From assembly GCA_963786105.1 (NCBI GenBank), contig CAWAXX010000014.1, forward strand, positions 241,482-305,481: DNA of 64,000 nt, in the 5' to 3' direction. The translations under genes were made by a program, and so were the position numbers. A model generated the notes under the pieces. That model worked only from the letters and a program-made list of their open reading frames with translations. It ran no database searches and was not told the DNA's origin. Source of the stretch: Vulcanimicrobiota bacterium (GTDB lineage: Bacteria; Vulcanimicrobiota; Vulcanimicrobiia; Vulcanimicrobiales; Vulcanimicrobiaceae). This document shows, piece by piece, positions 47,634-59,837 of this stretch; positions within the stretch are counted from its first letter, which is position 1; each line of letters opens with the position of its first letter.

Positions 47634-48725
47634 CTAGTGATGGAGGAGGGTTGCGACGGCGACGATCAGCTCGAGCGCGATGAGCGCGATAATGATCAGC
47701 TCGAGGAATTCGTCGCGGCGGCTGCGCGCTTGATCGCTGAGAAAGCGATAGATGTCGCCGACGCTCGCAAGCTTGGTGTCGATTTGGCGCTGCCACTCCG
47801 CTAGTCCGAGCCGCTTGGCAGCGGAGCGGTAAATCCGCGCGTAGTACGCATCCCCGACGACCTTGAGCGCGTTGCTAGAGCGGTCGAGTAACTCGAGCAC
47901 GTCGACGATTAAGTAGCGCAGGGTTTCGGCTTGATCGGCCTCGCGCCGGCCGCGTAGGGAACGGGCGGGCTTTTCCGACCCGATCTTATAGATGCCGTCG
48001 AGCTCGCGATCCAGCAACGCGTCATACGTACGCAACTCGAGGAGTTGGGTGTTGGCGAATTCCAGGATGTCTTCGATCGCGCGCGCGCTTTCCGGCCGGT
48101 CGTACACGAAGGCCGTATCCCACTGCACGATCGTGAGATCGTCTTCATGGTAAGAGAAGCGCGTTCGAAGCGCCTCTTCGGCCTCGGTCGCCGCCAAACG
48201 CTTGCGCTCGCCGAGCAACAGTCCGGCCAGTTCCGTAAAGTGTTCGCTCAACAGCGTTTCGGCATCGACCGTTTCCGCAAAACGCTCGATCTCGATGATG
48301 AAGTAGTCTTCGATGAGCGGCGTGTGCCGGTCGTCGAGTGCGCGAGCGTGGTCGTCGCAAAAACGCAGAGCCGTCGACTCGGCGAATTCTGCGATCCGCT
48401 CGTCGGTGCGCACGCGATCGGCCAGCGCGGCCAAGCCGTTCCAGGTTCCGGCAGCGTCGAACGTCAGCCGGAGGGACATTACGCCGTAATCGTACGCCTT
48501 GAGACGTACCGAACACTCCAGACCCGAGATTGCCGCATCGGGCATCGAGACGATCAGCGGCGGAACCGGAAACTGGAGGTATGCCGACGAGGTCTGCGAT
48601 CCGAGCGGAAGTTCCGACGCGGCCCGGCTTTCCGAGCCTGACTCGCCCGCGATCGACAAATCGATCGTATCGGCGACGTCAAACAGGTAGTACGCACGTA
48701 CCACCCCAGCGGCGATTTCGAGCAT
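47634..48725 (-). CDS. Conserved hypothetical protein with C-terminal TM (RMD1/DUF155- or CorA-like)
   Basis: 363-aa ORF, GAGGA RBS; LEFANTQLLELRTYD, GDAYYARIY, C-terminal LELIIIALIALE. Confidence 0.7.
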   Translation of the reverse strand: MLEIAAGVVRAYYLFDVADTIDLSIAGESGSESRAASELPLGSQTSSAYLQFPVPPLIVSMPDAAISGLECSVRLKAYDYGVMSLRLTFDAAGTWNGLAALADRVRTDERIAEFAESTALRFCDDHARALDDRHTPLIEDYFIIEIERFAETVDAETLLSEHFTELAGLLLGERKRLAATEAEEALRTRFSYHEDDLTIVQWDTAFVYDRPESARAIEDILEFANTQLLELRTYDALLDRELDGIYKIGSEKPARSLRGRREADQAETLRYLIVDVLELLDRSSNALKVVGDAYYARIYRSAAKRLGLAEWQRQIDTKLASVGDIYRFLSDQARSRRDEFLELIIIALIALELIVAVATLLHH

Positions 48726-48802
48726 ATTATCCTCGCCTTAGCCTCCGAGCATCTCCCCTCCCTGCAGAAGGAGACCTTTCTTTTCGTTGGTAAGCCTTCA
48801 AA

Positions 48803-51796
48803 ATGAATTTCAGGCGCATGCTGTGTCTTTGCGTCGCGCCGTGCGCGATTTTTTGTCTGTCGTATGCGCCCGTTAACGCGCAAACCACAGCAAGCAGTTT
48901 CGGCGGCCTGCAATACCGGTCACTCGGACCCGCGATTTCCGGGGGCCGGACCACGGCGGTTGCCGGCAGCGATCGTGACCCGTTGCTCTACTACGCGGGC
49001 GGTGCCGATGGAGGGGTCTTCAAGAGCGTCGACGGCGGCGCATCGTGGCGTCCGGTCTTCGATCGGGCGTCGGCGGCTGCGATCGGCGCGATCGCGATCG
49101 CACCTCGCGACCTCGACGACGTGTGGGTCGGTACCGGCGAATCGAATCCTCGCAATGACGTCGAAAGCGGCAACGGACTGTGGCATTCGATGGACGGCGG
49201 CAAGACGTGGACGCACGCCGGTCTGGACGACGCAGGGCAGATCTCGAGCATTTCGATCGATCCACGCGATCCGCGCACGATCGTCGTCGGCGTGTTGGGT
49301 CAAGTCTTCCGGGACGGCGCAACCCGCGGCGCGTACCTTACGCGTGATCGCGGCAACCATTGGACGCGGGTGCTATTTACCGGTGCGTCGAGCGGCGTTT
49401 CGGATCTGGTACGCGTGCCGGATCGTCCCTCGACCCTCTTTGCAGGCATGTATCAGTTCCGGCGCCGGCCGTGGACGATGACGAGCGGCGGTCCGCAGGG
49501 CGCGCTCTATCGCTCCGACGATAACGGTGCGACCTGGCGCAAACTCGCCGGCAACGGACTGCCTGAAGGCCTTACCGGACGCATCGGCTTAGCCGCCGCC
49601 AACGGTGGCCGCATCTACGCGATCGTGCAATCGAAGCATGGCGACCTCTGGCGCTCCGACGACGGAGGCACGACGTGGAAGCTGATGCCGCACAGTCCAT
49701 ACGTCGGCGCGCGCCCGTTCTATTTCAGCCGCGTTTTCGTCGACCCTGTGAATCGGAATCGCGTCATCGACGTCGGGCTCATCCTGTCGCAGAGCAACGA
49801 CGGAGGGCGGAGTTTTCATCCCATCGCGACGAATGCCGGCTGGGATTATCACGTTGCGTGGTGGTCTGGAGACGGCCGCCGCATCGCCGTCGGCACGGAC
49901 GAGGGCGCGATATTGTCGGGAGACATGGGCGCGCACTTTTGGCAACCTTACGATCTACCGTTCGCGCAGCCATATCACGTCGGTTTCGGCGCGACCGCTC
50001 CGGATTACCAAGTGTGCCTGGGCCTTCAAGACAATAACTCGTGGTGCGGACCGTCGATCGCCTACAACGGCATCGGCATTTTGAATCGCGATTGGTACGT
50101 CGTCGGCCCCGGCGATGGTATGTGGGCGCTGATCGATCCCAGCGACCCGAATCTCGTTTGGAGCACCTCGACGAACTCCGACACCGGACAAGTGTACCTG
50201 TGGGACCGCCGCACGCATCAGGCCGCCGAACTCTCCCCGTCGGCGCGAAGCAATAGCACCGTTCCCGCGACCCTTCCGTATCGCTTCAACTGGGATACGC
50301 CGATTGCGTTCACCGCAGGGGCGCAGCCGCGCGTGCTGGTCGGCGGTAACGTCGTCTTCGAGAGCGCCGATCGCGGACGAAACTGGACCGTCATCAGTCC
50401 CGACCTTACCCGCGACGAAAAGGCACATCAGCAAGCCTCGGGCGGCCCGATCGATCTCGACATCTCGGGCGCCGAAACCTCCGACACCATTCTCGATATC
50501 GAGACCACGAAACTTGCGAGCGGCGTTATATGGGTCGGAACGGATGACGGCCTCGTTCAACTCACGCGCGACGGCGGGGCGCACTGGTCGAACGTCACCC
50601 CTGCGTCAGCCCCACCCTGGTGTCGCGTGTCGACGGTGGAACCAGGACACGACGCTGCCGGCACGGCGTACGCGGCGGTTGACTGCCATCTGCTCGGTGA
50701 TAACCAGCCCCACGCGTATCTGACCGACGATTACGGCGCGACGTGGCGTTCGATCGCGTCGAACCTCCCGGCGGATCTGTTCGTGCGGTCGATCCGAGAA
50801 GACACGCGCAACGGCAATCTTCTCTACGCCGGAACCCAACGCGGCGTGTGGGCTTCCTTCGATCGGGGCGGGCATTGGCAATCGCTTCGTCTCAACATGC
50901 CGGCCACGGCGATTTACGATCTCGAGGTTCAACCGCTTACGAACGACTTATTGGTCGCCTCGCACGGGCGCGGTCTCTGGATCCTCGACGATTTACGTCC
51001 GCTGCAAGAGCTGACGAACGCGCAATCGGCGGCGGGACTCACGTTCTTCGCGCCGCGCGACGCGTACCGAATGTGGCAATGGTCTCCGGTTAACGTCTTC
51101 GAATCGGGGACGCTTCCCGACAACGAATTCATCGGCGACAATCCCGACTACGGTGCCCTGTTGAGCTACTATCTCCCGAAGGCGTCTGCTCACCGGCCGA
51201 CGCTGGAAATCGTCGACGCACGCGGCCGAATCGTCCGTCACATCGACGGGAAAGGCGTTCCCAATGACCCCGGCATCAATCGGACGAGCTGGGACTTGGC
51301 CGAAGACGGTCCCGAACGTTGGCAGGGGACGTTCGAAGAGAACCGCGGTCCCGAGGAAGGACCCGAAGCCGTTCCCGGCGCTTTTACCGTGCGGTTGCAC
51401 GTCGACGGCCGTACCGAGGAGCAGCCGCTCAAGGTCCTCGCGGATCCGCGCGACAAGGCGTCGCTTGAAGAGTACGAGCAGCGCCACGATTTTCTGGCGG
51501 GCATCGACGACGAGCTCGGCGCCGTGGACAAAATGCTCAATTCCATCGACGTGCGCATGAAGCGCGCGAGCCCGCCGCCGTCCGCCACCCTACGCGCGTT
51601 TCAGGCGAAACTCACGTACAGTCCGCGCAACGTCGAGGATCTCGGCGGTCCGCCGGGTCTGCGCGATCGGCTGTTTGACTTGAGTAGCCGGCTCTCGAGT
51701 TCGTTCCAGGCGCCGACCTCCGCCCAGCTGGCGGAAGCAGCCGATCTTCGCGCGCTTTTCGCCGAGCTTTCCGCGCAGTACGCGCAGTTAAAGTAA
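48803..51796 (+). CDS. Secreted VPS10/BNR-repeat beta-propeller (glycosyl hydrolase-like) protein, paralog 2
   Basis: [12 protein letters not shown], repeated SxDGGxxW Asp-boxes, [19 protein letters not shown]; signal peptide. Confidence 0.85.
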   Translation: MNFRRMLCLCVAPCAIFCLSYAPVNAQTTASSFGGLQYRSLGPAISGGRTTAVAGSDRDPLLYYAGGADGGVFKSVDGGASWRPVFDRASAAAIGAIAIAPRDLDDVWVGTGESNPRNDVESGNGLWHSMDGGKTWTHAGLDDAGQISSISIDPRDPRTIVVGVLGQVFRDGATRGAYLTRDRGNHWTRVLFTGASSGVSDLVRVPDRPSTLFAGMYQFRRRPWTMTSGGPQGALYRSDDNGATWRKLAGNGLPEGLTGRIGLAAANGGRIYAIVQSKHGDLWRSDDGGTTWKLMPHSPYVGARPFYFSRVFVDPVNRNRVIDVGLILSQSNDGGRSFHPIATNAGWDYHVAWWSGDGRRIAVGTDEGAILSGDMGAHFWQPYDLPFAQPYHVGFGATAPDYQVCLGLQDNNSWCGPSIAYNGIGILNRDWYVVGPGDGMWALIDPSDPNLVWSTSTNSDTGQVYLWDRRTHQAAELSPSARSNSTVPATLPYRFNWDTPIAFTAGAQPRVLVGGNVVFESADRGRNWTVISPDLTRDEKAHQQASGGPIDLDISGAETSDTILDIETTKLASGVIWVGTDDGLVQLTRDGGAHWSNVTPASAPPWCRVSTVEPGHDAAGTAYAAVDCHLLGDNQPHAYLTDDYGATWRSIASNLPADLFVRSIREDTRNGNLLYAGTQRGVWASFDRGGHWQSLRLNMPATAIYDLEVQPLTNDLLVASHGRGLWILDDLRPLQELTNAQSAAGLTFFAPRDAYRMWQWSPVNVFESGTLPDNEFIGDNPDYGALLSYYLPKASAHRPTLEIVDARGRIVRHIDGKGVPNDPGINRTSWDLAEDGPERWQGTFEENRGPEEGPEAVPGAFTVRLHVDGRTEEQPLKVLADPRDKASLEEYEQRHDFLAGIDDELGAVDKMLNSIDVRMKRASPPPSATLRAFQAKLTYSPRNVEDLGGPPGLRDRLFDLSSRLSSSFQAPTSAQLAEAADLRALFAELSAQYAQLK

Positions 51797-51813
51797 GCTA
51801 TGATAGGCAGACC

Positions 51814-54441
51814 ATGAACGTCGAGAAAATGACCGAGCGCGTCGGGGAAGCGCTCAATGCGGCGTACACCCGCGCCCTGACCGAACACAATACCCAAACG
51901 ACGCCCGAGCACATGCTGGCGGCCATGCTGGACCAGGAGCGGGGCATCGCCACCGACGTGCTGGCAAAGGCCGGCTCGGACGTCGATGTGCTAAAACGTA
52001 ACCTGGATGGCGCGATCGGCCGGCTTCCGCGGCTCAGCGGCGCGGCTGCCGACAGCGCTCAAGTGACGTTGTCTCCCGAACTGGCGCGCGTGATGAATGC
52101 GGCGGAGACCGAGGCCAACGCGCTGCAGGACGACTACACGTCGGTCGAGCACGTGCTGCTGGCGATGGCGCAGGCGTCCGGTGAAATCGGCCGCCTGTTT
52201 CGCGACGCGGGCGTCACTCGCGACCGGCTGCTGCAAGCGTTGCGCGACGTTCGCGGCAACCAGCGCGTCACTACGAAGGATCCCGAGGGTACGTACAAGT
52301 CTCTCGAACGCTACGGGCGCGATCTTACGCTGGAAGCCGAGCGCGGAAAGCTCGATCCGGTGATCGGCCGCGACGAAGAAATTCGTCGAGTCGTTCAGGT
52401 CCTCTCACGACGCACTAAAAACAACCCCGTGTTGATCGGCGAGCCCGGCGTGGGGAAAACCGCGATCGTCGAAGGTCTGGCGCAGCGCATCGTGCGCGGC
52501 GACGTTCCCGAGGGTCTGAAAAGCAAGCGCGTCGTTTCGCTAGACATGGGCGCGCTCATCGCCGGTGCCAAATACCGAGGGGAGTTCGAAGAGCGGCTCA
52601 AAGCGGTGCTCAAAGACGTCGCTAGCTCCGAAGGCCAAATCGTATTGTTCGTCGACGAGTTGCATACGGTCGTTGGCGCGGGCAAGGCGGAAGGGTCGAT
52701 GGATGCTGGGAATCTGCTCAAGCCGATGCTCGCACGCGGCGAACTCCACATGATCGGCGCAACGACGCTGGACGAGTATCGGAAGTACATCGAAAAGGAC
52801 GCCGCACTCGAACGGCGATTCCAGCCAGTCTTGGTCGATCAGCCAAGCGTCGAAGATACGATTTCCATTCTGCGCGGCCTGAACGAAAAGTATCAGGCGC
52901 ATCACGGCGTTCGCATCAAAGATGGAGCGCTGGTGGCGGCCGCGACCATGAGCAATCGTTACATCGCCGACCGCTTCTTGCCCGACAAGGCAATCGACTT
53001 GGTCGACGAAGCCGCGGCCAAGCTACGGACGGAGATCGACTCGATGCCGCAGGAACTCGACGAAGTCTCTCGTCGCGTGATGCAGCTCGAAATCGAGCGC
53101 GAGGCGTTGCGGAAGGAAACCGACAGCGCGAGCGTCCGCCGGCTGGAGCAGCTCGAAAAGGAATTAGCCGAACTGCGCGAGCGACAAGCAAAGTTGCGCG
53201 TTCAATGGGACGCGGAGAAGAACGCAGTCACGAAGTTGCGCGGGCTGCGCGAGCAGATCGAGCAAACCAAGGTCCAGATCGATCAAGCGGAACGCCAGTA
53301 CGATCTCAACCGGGCTGCCGAGTTGCGATATGGAAAGCTCTCGCAACTAGAAAAAGATCTCGCCGCCGAGGAGTCCAGACTCTCGCAACGAGACGGGACG
53401 CGCCTTTCGAAAGAAGAGGTCGACGAAGACGATATTGCCGAGGTCATCGCACGGTGGACCGGCATTCCAGTCTCAAAACTCCTCGAGGGCGAACGTCAAA
53501 AACTGCTGCATCTTGAGGACGAGCTCCACCGCCGCGTCATAGGACAAAACGAGGCGGTCGACGCCGTTGCCGAAGCGGTTCTGCGCACGCGCTCGGGTCT
53601 CGCCGATCCCAATCGGCCGATCGGGTCGTTCATCTTCTTGGGACCGACCGGCGTCGGCAAGACCGAACTCGCTCGTGCCTTGGCGGAGTATCTCTTCGAC
53701 GACGAACGCGCGCTGATTCGCATCGACATGTCGGAGTATCAGGAAAAACACACGGTGGCGCGGCTGCTTGGCGCTCCGCCGGGGTACGTCGGCTACGACG
53801 AAGGCGGTCAACTCACTGAGGCGGTGCGCCGCCGTCCGTACAGCGTCATTCTCTTCGACGAGGTCGAGAAGGCGCACCCCGACGTCTTCAACGTGTTCCT
53901 GCAGATTCTCGACGACGGGCGCCTGACCGACGGTCAGGGGCGTACCGTCGACTTCAAGAACACCATCGTCATCATGACCTCGAACATCGGCAGCCACCGC
54001 ATTCTGGAACACCGCGGCGCGTTTTCGAGTGCCGACTATGCGGTCATGCGAGCGACCGTGCTCGACGAGTTACGCCAGCACTTCCGGCCTGAGTTTCTCA
54101 ATCGTGTCGACGAGATCATCGTGTTCCACGCGCTGACCGAAGAGGAGTTGGAAAAAATCGTCGATATCCAGTTGCGACGGCTACGGCGGCGCTTGGCCGA
54201 ACGCCGCATCACGATCGAACTTTCGGAGCCCGCAAAGCGCCACATCGTCAAGGTTGGCTACGATCCAACTTACGGTGCGCGACCGCTCAAGCGGACCATT
54301 CAGAAAGAACTCGAAACGCCGCTCGGACGAAAGATCCTCGCCGGCGACATCAACGACAGCGATACGGTCGAGGTCGGCTTCGACGACATCCGCGGCGAGC
54401 TGACGTTCAACGTCGTATCGCAGGAAGCGGTGACCGCCTAG
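51814..54441 (+). CDS. clpB: ATP-dependent chaperone ClpB
   Basis: Two Walker A motifs ([16 protein letters not shown]), long coiled-coil M domain, [20 protein letters not shown]. Confidence 0.97.
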   Translation: MNVEKMTERVGEALNAAYTRALTEHNTQTTPEHMLAAMLDQERGIATDVLAKAGSDVDVLKRNLDGAIGRLPRLSGAAADSAQVTLSPELARVMNAAETEANALQDDYTSVEHVLLAMAQASGEIGRLFRDAGVTRDRLLQALRDVRGNQRVTTKDPEGTYKSLERYGRDLTLEAERGKLDPVIGRDEEIRRVVQVLSRRTKNNPVLIGEPGVGKTAIVEGLAQRIVRGDVPEGLKSKRVVSLDMGALIAGAKYRGEFEERLKAVLKDVASSEGQIVLFVDELHTVVGAGKAEGSMDAGNLLKPMLARGELHMIGATTLDEYRKYIEKDAALERRFQPVLVDQPSVEDTISILRGLNEKYQAHHGVRIKDGALVAAATMSNRYIADRFLPDKAIDLVDEAAAKLRTEIDSMPQELDEVSRRVMQLEIEREALRKETDSASVRRLEQLEKELAELRERQAKLRVQWDAEKNAVTKLRGLREQIEQTKVQIDQAERQYDLNRAAELRYGKLSQLEKDLAAEESRLSQRDGTRLSKEEVDEDDIAEVIARWTGIPVSKLLEGERQKLLHLEDELHRRVIGQNEAVDAVAEAVLRTRSGLADPNRPIGSFIFLGPTGVGKTELARALAEYLFDDERALIRIDMSEYQEKHTVARLLGAPPGYVGYDEGGQLTEAVRRRPYSVILFDEVEKAHPDVFNVFLQILDDGRLTDGQGRTVDFKNTIVIMTSNIGSHRILEHRGAFSSADYAVMRATVLDELRQHFRPEFLNRVDEIIVFHALTEEELEKIVDIQLRRLRRRLAERRITIELSEPAKRHIVKVGYDPTYGARPLKRTIQKELETPLGRKILAGDINDSDTVEVGFDDIRGELTFNVVSQEAVTA

Positions 54442-54454
54442 GTCCGCGCGATAG

Positions 54455-56293
54455 CTAAGCGGAAGTTCGGGCGGCCTCGCGCTTGCGGGCTTTAAGCCTT
54501 TCGCCTTCGTCCAGAACCCGCTTACGCAGCCGAATGGACTTGGGCGTTACTTCAACGAGCTCGTCGTCGTCGATGAACTCGATGGCTCGCTCGAGTGAAA
54601 GTTCGTCGGGTGGCGCGAGACGCACGTTTTCGTCGGAACCGGCGGCGCGCATGTTGGTGAGCTTTTTCTCGCGCACGACGTTGATGGCAATGTCTTTGTC
54701 GTCGTTGGCGCGGCCGACGATCATCCCTTCGTACACGTCGAGGCCCGGTCCGACGAAAAACTCGCCGCGCTGTTCTAATCCCATCAGCGCGTAACCGGTA
54801 GTGCGGCCGGTGTCGCTCGCGACGAGCGCGCCGACGCTTCGCCCCGGCAACTCGCCTTGCCACTCCTGATGATCGTAGTACGTGTGCGACATTACCGCGG
54901 TGCCCCGCGTCAACGTGAGTAACTCGCCACGAAGGCCGAAGATCGCGCGCGTCGGCATGGTATATTCGAGTCGGCGCGACTCCGCCACGTTGATCATGTT
55001 CGACATCACCGCCTTGCGCTTCCCGAGCGACTCGATCACCGCGCCGGCGTACTCTTCGGGCACGTCGACGACGACGTACTCGACGGGCTCCCAACGCTTG
55101 CCGTCGCGCTCGATCACGATGACCTGTGGTTTGGAGACGGCCAGCTCGTAGCCTTCGCGACGCATCGTTTCGATGAGAATCGACAGATGCAGTTCGCCGC
55201 GGCCCCGCACCTCGAAGGTGTCGGCAGAGTCGGTATCGGCGACCCGCAGCGCCACGTTCGATTCCAGCTCGCGCATCAGACGTTCGCGAATCTGACGGGA
55301 CGTTAGGTACTTTCCTTCGCGGCCGGCGAACGGCGAGTTGTTGACGCTGAACGACATCGAAACGGTCGGCTCGTCGACCGCGACGGCGTGGATGCCTTCG
55401 GGCTGCGCGGCATCGGCGATCGTGTCGCCGATATTGAGGTCGTCGATTCCCGATATGCATACGATGTCGCCGGCCGATGCTTCCGAGACCTCGATGCGTT
55501 CGAGCCCCTGAAACGTTAGCAAGGTGGTCAGGCGCAAACCGCTAGCGACGGTCCCGTCGCGCGCCACCTTCGCAATGGGGGCGTTAAGGCGCGACGTACC
55601 GCGGAAGATGCGGCCGATACCGATTCGCCCGACGTACTTGTTGTGATCGATCGCCGAAATTAATAACTGGAAGTTGCCGTCTTCGGCGGGAGCCTCGGGG
55701 ACGTGCGATACGATCGTTTCGAAGAGCGGCTCGAGCGAGTCGCTCGGATCTTCGAGCGCGCGCTTGGCGATCCCGGCTTTGGCGTTGGTAAAAATCACGG
55801 GAAAATCGGCCTGCTCGTCGTTGGCGCCGAGCTCGATGAATAGATCGAAGGCTTCGTTCACGACCTCTTGCGCGCGCGCGTCGCGACGATCGATCTTATT
55901 GACGACGACGATCGCTTTGAGGTCGAGCTCGAGCGCTTTGCGCAGCACGAAACGCGTCTGCGGCATGACCCCTTCGGCGGCGTCGACCAGCAGCAGCACG
56001 CCCTGAACCATCTGGAGCACGCGCTCGACCTCACCTCCGAAGTCGGCGTGGCCGGGCGTGTCGACGATGTTGAACTTGACCGGTCCGTGGCGAACGGCGG
56101 TGTTTTTGGCAAGAATCGTGATGCCTCGCTCGCGTTCGAGCGGGTTTGAATCCATCACGCGCGTCGCCACATGCTGGCCTTCACGAAATACGCCGCTTTG
56201 CTTGAGCATCGCATCCACGAGCGTCGTCTTGCCGTGATCGACGTGAGCGATGATGGCAACGTTACGGAGATCGGCGCGGGTCTTCACCGTCAT
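54455..56293 (-). CDS. typA: Translational GTPase TypA/BipA
   Basis: [58 protein letters not shown] 56293. Confidence 0.97.
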   Translation of the reverse strand: MTVKTRADLRNVAIIAHVDHGKTTLVDAMLKQSGVFREGQHVATRVMDSNPLERERGITILAKNTAVRHGPVKFNIVDTPGHADFGGEVERVLQMVQGVLLLVDAAEGVMPQTRFVLRKALELDLKAIVVVNKIDRRDARAQEVVNEAFDLFIELGANDEQADFPVIFTNAKAGIAKRALEDPSDSLEPLFETIVSHVPEAPAEDGNFQLLISAIDHNKYVGRIGIGRIFRGTSRLNAPIAKVARDGTVASGLRLTTLLTFQGLERIEVSEASAGDIVCISGIDDLNIGDTIADAAQPEGIHAVAVDEPTVSMSFSVNNSPFAGREGKYLTSRQIRERLMRELESNVALRVADTDSADTFEVRGRGELHLSILIETMRREGYELAVSKPQVIVIERDGKRWEPVEYVVVDVPEEYAGAVIESLGKRKAVMSNMINVAESRRLEYTMPTRAIFGLRGELLTLTRGTAVMSHTYYDHQEWQGELPGRSVGALVASDTGRTTGYALMGLEQRGEFFVGPGLDVYEGMIVGRANDDKDIAINVVREKKLTNMRAAGSDENVRLAPPDELSLERAIEFIDDDELVEVTPKSIRLRKRVLDEGERLKARKREAARTSA

Positions 56294-56420
56294 CGTGCTT
56301 TGCCCGCGCGTAGGGGAGGGACCTTTGAAATCGGAGCGAGCGAGGTGCCGCCCCCCAGGAGTCGCCTCGGCGGCGGCTAATTCCGCGTGTTCGCCAACGT
56401 CACGCGAAAAGGAGGAATTC

Positions 56421-56858
56421 ATGGCGATGCAAGTCGAGCCGTACCTGTTCTTTACCGGAAAATGTGAAGAAGCGCTGAACTTCTACAAGGGCATCTTCGG
56501 CGGTGAGGTCGTGCAGGTGTCTCGCTTCAAAGACATGCCTGACGAGGTTCGCCGGGAAATGTCGGTCGGATCGGAACACGGCAACCTGGTCATGCATGCG
56601 ACGTTTAAGTCACCGTCTTTCAGCTTTATGGCATCCGACGCGCGGCCGGGAAAGCAATACGGCGAGGGTCCCATCTCGCTTAGCGTCGGTACGAAGGATG
56701 AGGCAGAAGCACAGCGTATCTTCGACGGTCTCGCGCAGGGCGGCAACGTCGAGATGCCGATGGAAGTGACCTTCTGGTCAGCTAAATTCGGAATGCTGAC
56801 GGACAAGTATGGAATCGATTGGATGGTCAACTGCGATCTCGGGGGAAGGGAAGGGTAA
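56421..56858 (+). CDS. VOC/PhnB-family (glyoxalase-like) protein
   Basis: PYLFFTGKCEEALNFY, VMHA, TFWSAKFGMLTDKYGIDWMVN; AAGGAGG RBS. Confidence 0.9.
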   Translation: MAMQVEPYLFFTGKCEEALNFYKGIFGGEVVQVSRFKDMPDEVRREMSVGSEHGNLVMHATFKSPSFSFMASDARPGKQYGEGPISLSVGTKDEAEAQRIFDGLAQGGNVEMPMEVTFWSAKFGMLTDKYGIDWMVNCDLGGREG

Positions 56859-56878
56859 CGTTTGGCCGCCCGCGCGCG

Positions 56879-57448
56879 TCAACTACGAACCGTGCGAACG
56901 CGAACGTAGGCGGCGCGCGCGAGAAGACCTAAGCCGATAGTGAAGCAGATCGCGAGCGCGGCAGCGATCAGTGGAGCGGCGAAGGCCAGAATCAGCGAGC
57001 CGATCGATCCCGCGTCCTCGGCGGTGCTTACGACCGGGTTCCCGATGCCGCCAGTCGCAATCGTGGATGCGCCGCGGACCGAAGCGACCGCGGCGTGCAC
57101 GCCGAGAGCGTTAAGCGCCCCCAAAATCATCAGCGTCACCAAAACTTCGTGCGATGGTGCGTGCAGCGATCCGCCGACGAGAATCGCAGCCGCTGCCGGC
57201 TTGACGGCGATCTGGGCAACGTGCAGCGTGTGATCGAGCAGCGGAATTTTGTCGGCAAAAATTTCAACGACAGCCAGCCCGCCGAGTACCCACATGGCGA
57301 CAGGTGACCCGAGCCACGCAAAGGCATCGGGCGGATGAATGAGATTGAAGTGGGCGGAGATTGCCACCGCCGCGAGCGCGAGCAACGCGCGCACGCCGGC
57401 GGTGGTCGTCAGTGCGTAGGCCAGCGCGTACTGAGCGGCTGTGTCCAT
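56879..57448 (-). CDS. DUF4126-family membrane protein
   Basis: AGVRA, VEIFADKIPLLDH, GNPVVSTAED motifs; multiple TM helices. Confidence 0.85.
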   Translation of the reverse strand: MDTAAQYALAYALTTTAGVRALLALAAVAISAHFNLIHPPDAFAWLGSPVAMWVLGGLAVVEIFADKIPLLDHTLHVAQIAVKPAAAAILVGGSLHAPSHEVLVTLMILGALNALGVHAAVASVRGASTIATGGIGNPVVSTAEDAGSIGSLILAFAAPLIAAALAICFTIGLGLLARAAYVRVRTVRS

Positions 57449-57503
57449 GTCGCGAGTAGTATCCCGCCGATTCGCAAAAGGCCTTGCGGACGAAGGTGCG
57501 CCC

Positions 57504-57660
57504 TTAAGTCTTTAAGGCCAATGCTATGGCGCCATCCTCTGCCCACTTGGCCCCGAGCTTCATGAGATCCGAAACTTTGCCATCTCCGAGAGACGTACGG
57601 AGCGAGCAAAGCATGCGCTCGTATTCTTGTTTTTGCGTGTATTCTCGTCCAGCTTCCAAC
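57504..57660 (-). pseudogene. 3'-end relic of an ATPase/TPR (STAND-like) regulator
   Basis: LEAGREYTQKQEYERMLCSLRTSLGDGKVSDLMKLGAKWAEDGAIALAL* resembles the terminal helices of predicted-ATPase/TPR regulators; no plausible 5' part. Confidence 0.5.
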
Positions 57661-57955
57661 GTAGAACACGTCATATATAATTTCAAGGGCGCCTGACGGC
57701 GCAACTCCGTACGCACGCTTAGTACCGTCGGCCGGCGCGCTTTACGGCACGACGTACGCCGGCGGTACGAGCGGAAACGGAACCATTTTCAAGGTGACGA
57801 CGTCCGGCGTAGGACACGTCATATACAGTTTCAAGGGCGCGCCTGACGGCGCAACTCCGTACGCACGCTTAGTAGCGTCGACCGGCGCGCTTTACGGCAC
57901 GACGAGCGAAGGCGGCAAGAATCTTAGCGGGATGGTCTTCAAGTTTACGCCGTCG
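57660..57955 (+). pseudogene. Relic of a GloVer-repeat beta-propeller gene (last two blades)
   Basis: Two tandem units starting at 57660 and 57808 (period 148 = 150 minus a 2-nt deletion in AAGGGCGC--CTGAC); ends FKFTP-TCG where intact paralogs end FKLTP-TAG. Confidence 0.8.
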
Positions 57956-57970
57956 AGAGGACCGCATCGG

Positions 57971-59032
57971 TCATTGGCCTGCGGCGACTCCGGCAGCGAA
58001 TCCCGAAAACGGCACGACGGCGTCCGGTCCCGAACTCGACGTTAGCGGTAACCGATACGCGTATACGTCACCGGCCGTGACGAAGAGATGGTTCCCGCCA
58101 ACGGCGATGCCGTACGGGCGTCCACTGGTTTCCAGGATCTTCGGTTTTTCGCCAGGTTGGTACGGCAGCTTGAACTCATCTACAACGCCGACCGAGTACG
58201 ACGAAACGTACAGGCGGGTACCGCTGCCGTTTACGGCGACGCCACTAGCACCGTCGCTCTCCGGGACGGTCACTATGGTGTATTCGGGCCGCTCGTTGAA
58301 CTTAAGCGGCAGTGTATATGCTCCGACGGTGCCATTTACGGTTGACGCTACGTACAGAGTCTTATTTCTTACGGCAACTCCGATGAAGTCGAACATCGAA
58401 AAGCCCGTTATCGAGCCTGATGGCTTTTCGCCCATCACGAGGGGCAGCCGGTATTCGAGCACTTTTTCGTCCCTCGGACCGGCGCCCGCGACATCCAGAT
58501 ACTCCCCATCCGTGGCTAGGCCGGACAAATCCCCAAGACCTGAAGGCACGCCTCCACTTGAGGCGGGTAAGGCCGCGTCAATCGCCCCGCGAGAACGCGA
58601 ACGAGCGAACGGGGCAGTGGACCAAGCTTTGGGAAAAGTAGTCGCCGACTCTGCAAGATCGAACGTCGGCGCTAAGGGTAGTGCATACGTATAGATTGTC
58701 CCGTCGCTAAAGCTTCCGACGTACAAGTCGTTGCGATCGTCTGCGATTGGAACGGGTTCGTTTACTCCGGTTTTTCTGATTTTCGGTCTCTCTCCGCTAC
58801 GGAGTGGAAGACGGTACGCACTAAAAAAATACGGATCGGCCGATGTGACGTAGAGCCGTCGTCGACCGCCTAGCTCGTGCGCAACGGGTAAGGGTCGCGA
58901 TAGGAAGTCGCCGCTGCGAAGCCCTGGCAATACCCGCATCGACGAACCTTCGGGGAAGCCCCCTCCGCTGCACCCGCTGAGAAGTTGCACGAACATGAGA
59001 AATGAACAAAACCGAGCAGACTTTAACGTCAC
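57971..59032 (-). CDS. Hypothetical beta-propeller-like lipoprotein
   Basis: Lipobox LSGC; repeated LYV...Y.LPL...E.P units; GTG 59032 after GAGGGA. Confidence 0.75.
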   Translation of the reverse strand: MTLKSARFCSFLMFVQLLSGCSGGGFPEGSSMRVLPGLRSGDFLSRPLPVAHELGGRRRLYVTSADPYFFSAYRLPLRSGERPKIRKTGVNEPVPIADDRNDLYVGSFSDGTIYTYALPLAPTFDLAESATTFPKAWSTAPFARSRSRGAIDAALPASSGGVPSGLGDLSGLATDGEYLDVAGAGPRDEKVLEYRLPLVMGEKPSGSITGFSMFDFIGVAVRNKTLYVASTVNGTVGAYTLPLKFNERPEYTIVTVPESDGASGVAVNGSGTRLYVSSYSVGVVDEFKLPYQPGEKPKILETSGRPYGIAVGGNHLFVTAGDVYAYRLPLTSSSGPDAVVPFSGFAAGVAAGQ

Positions 59033-59416
59033 CGCTTCCCTCGAGGATTCTGGTCGCGCTGGGTCTGGCGCTATTGCAAATCGAGCGTAGCCCTTTTGCA
59101 AAGGCGCTTGGGTCCCAGTCACTCTCTAGCTTTAAGAGTTGCGCCGTGGTATACGCCGCTTAATCCGCGAACTCCGCCCAGGCCGCGTTCGATCGCGCCA
59201 TGCCGGCGAGAGCAAGAGGCAAGGGCTTCGCACTGGCCGGCGGCCGACGAGGGTCCATGGTCACCCTTTCGGCGTACGACGCGTTACCGTGCTCGTCTGA
59301 TGGACGCCGCAACCGTAAGCCGCCGAGAGGCGTTGGCGAGCATGGCGGCGGCGAGCGCCGCCGTTGTATCCGTCAATCGTTTTGCACTCACCGAGCCGAA
59401 TTCAAGGAGGACACGC

Positions 59417-59764
59417 ATGACGATCGTCTGCGTCATTCGCTATCAGATCGATCCCTTTCAGCGCGACGAGTTCAAGGCGTATGCCGAAGAATGGAGCCGC
59501 ATCATTCCTCGCTGCGGAGGTCATCTCGTCGGCTATTTTCTTCCGTACGAAGGAACCAACGACGTCGCGTGGGGATTGATCGCATTCGACAGCCTCGCAT
59601 CGTACGAAGCGTACCGAGCGCGTTTAAAGAACGATCCCGAGGGGCGTAAGAATTTCGATCGCGCTCAATCCAAACGCCTGATCTTGCGCGAAGAGCGAAA
59701 TTTCGTCGAAGTCGTGGACGGAACGTTCGGTATTCCCTCGAGCCTGAGACCGAGCAGCACGTAA
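59417..59764 (+). CDS. NIPSNAP-family protein
   Basis: [54 protein letters not shown]; in-frame upstream ATG 59300 adds a Tat-like leader. Confidence 0.88.
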   Translation: MTIVCVIRYQIDPFQRDEFKAYAEEWSRIIPRCGGHLVGYFLPYEGTNDVAWGLIAFDSLASYEAYRARLKNDPEGRKNFDRAQSKRLILREERNFVEVVDGTFGIPSSLRPSST

Positions 59765-59837
59765 GGCTTCCAAAAGCAGGAGAAGCCTGGCGGACTGCTG
59801 ACCACCTAGAGGTGTTCCTCACCTGGAGGTTTTCAAA

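Noticed and set aside
56294..56420. Structured leader between typA and the VOC gene
   Set aside because: Only generic GC-rich pairing; no recognisable RNA family and no ECF42 promoter match
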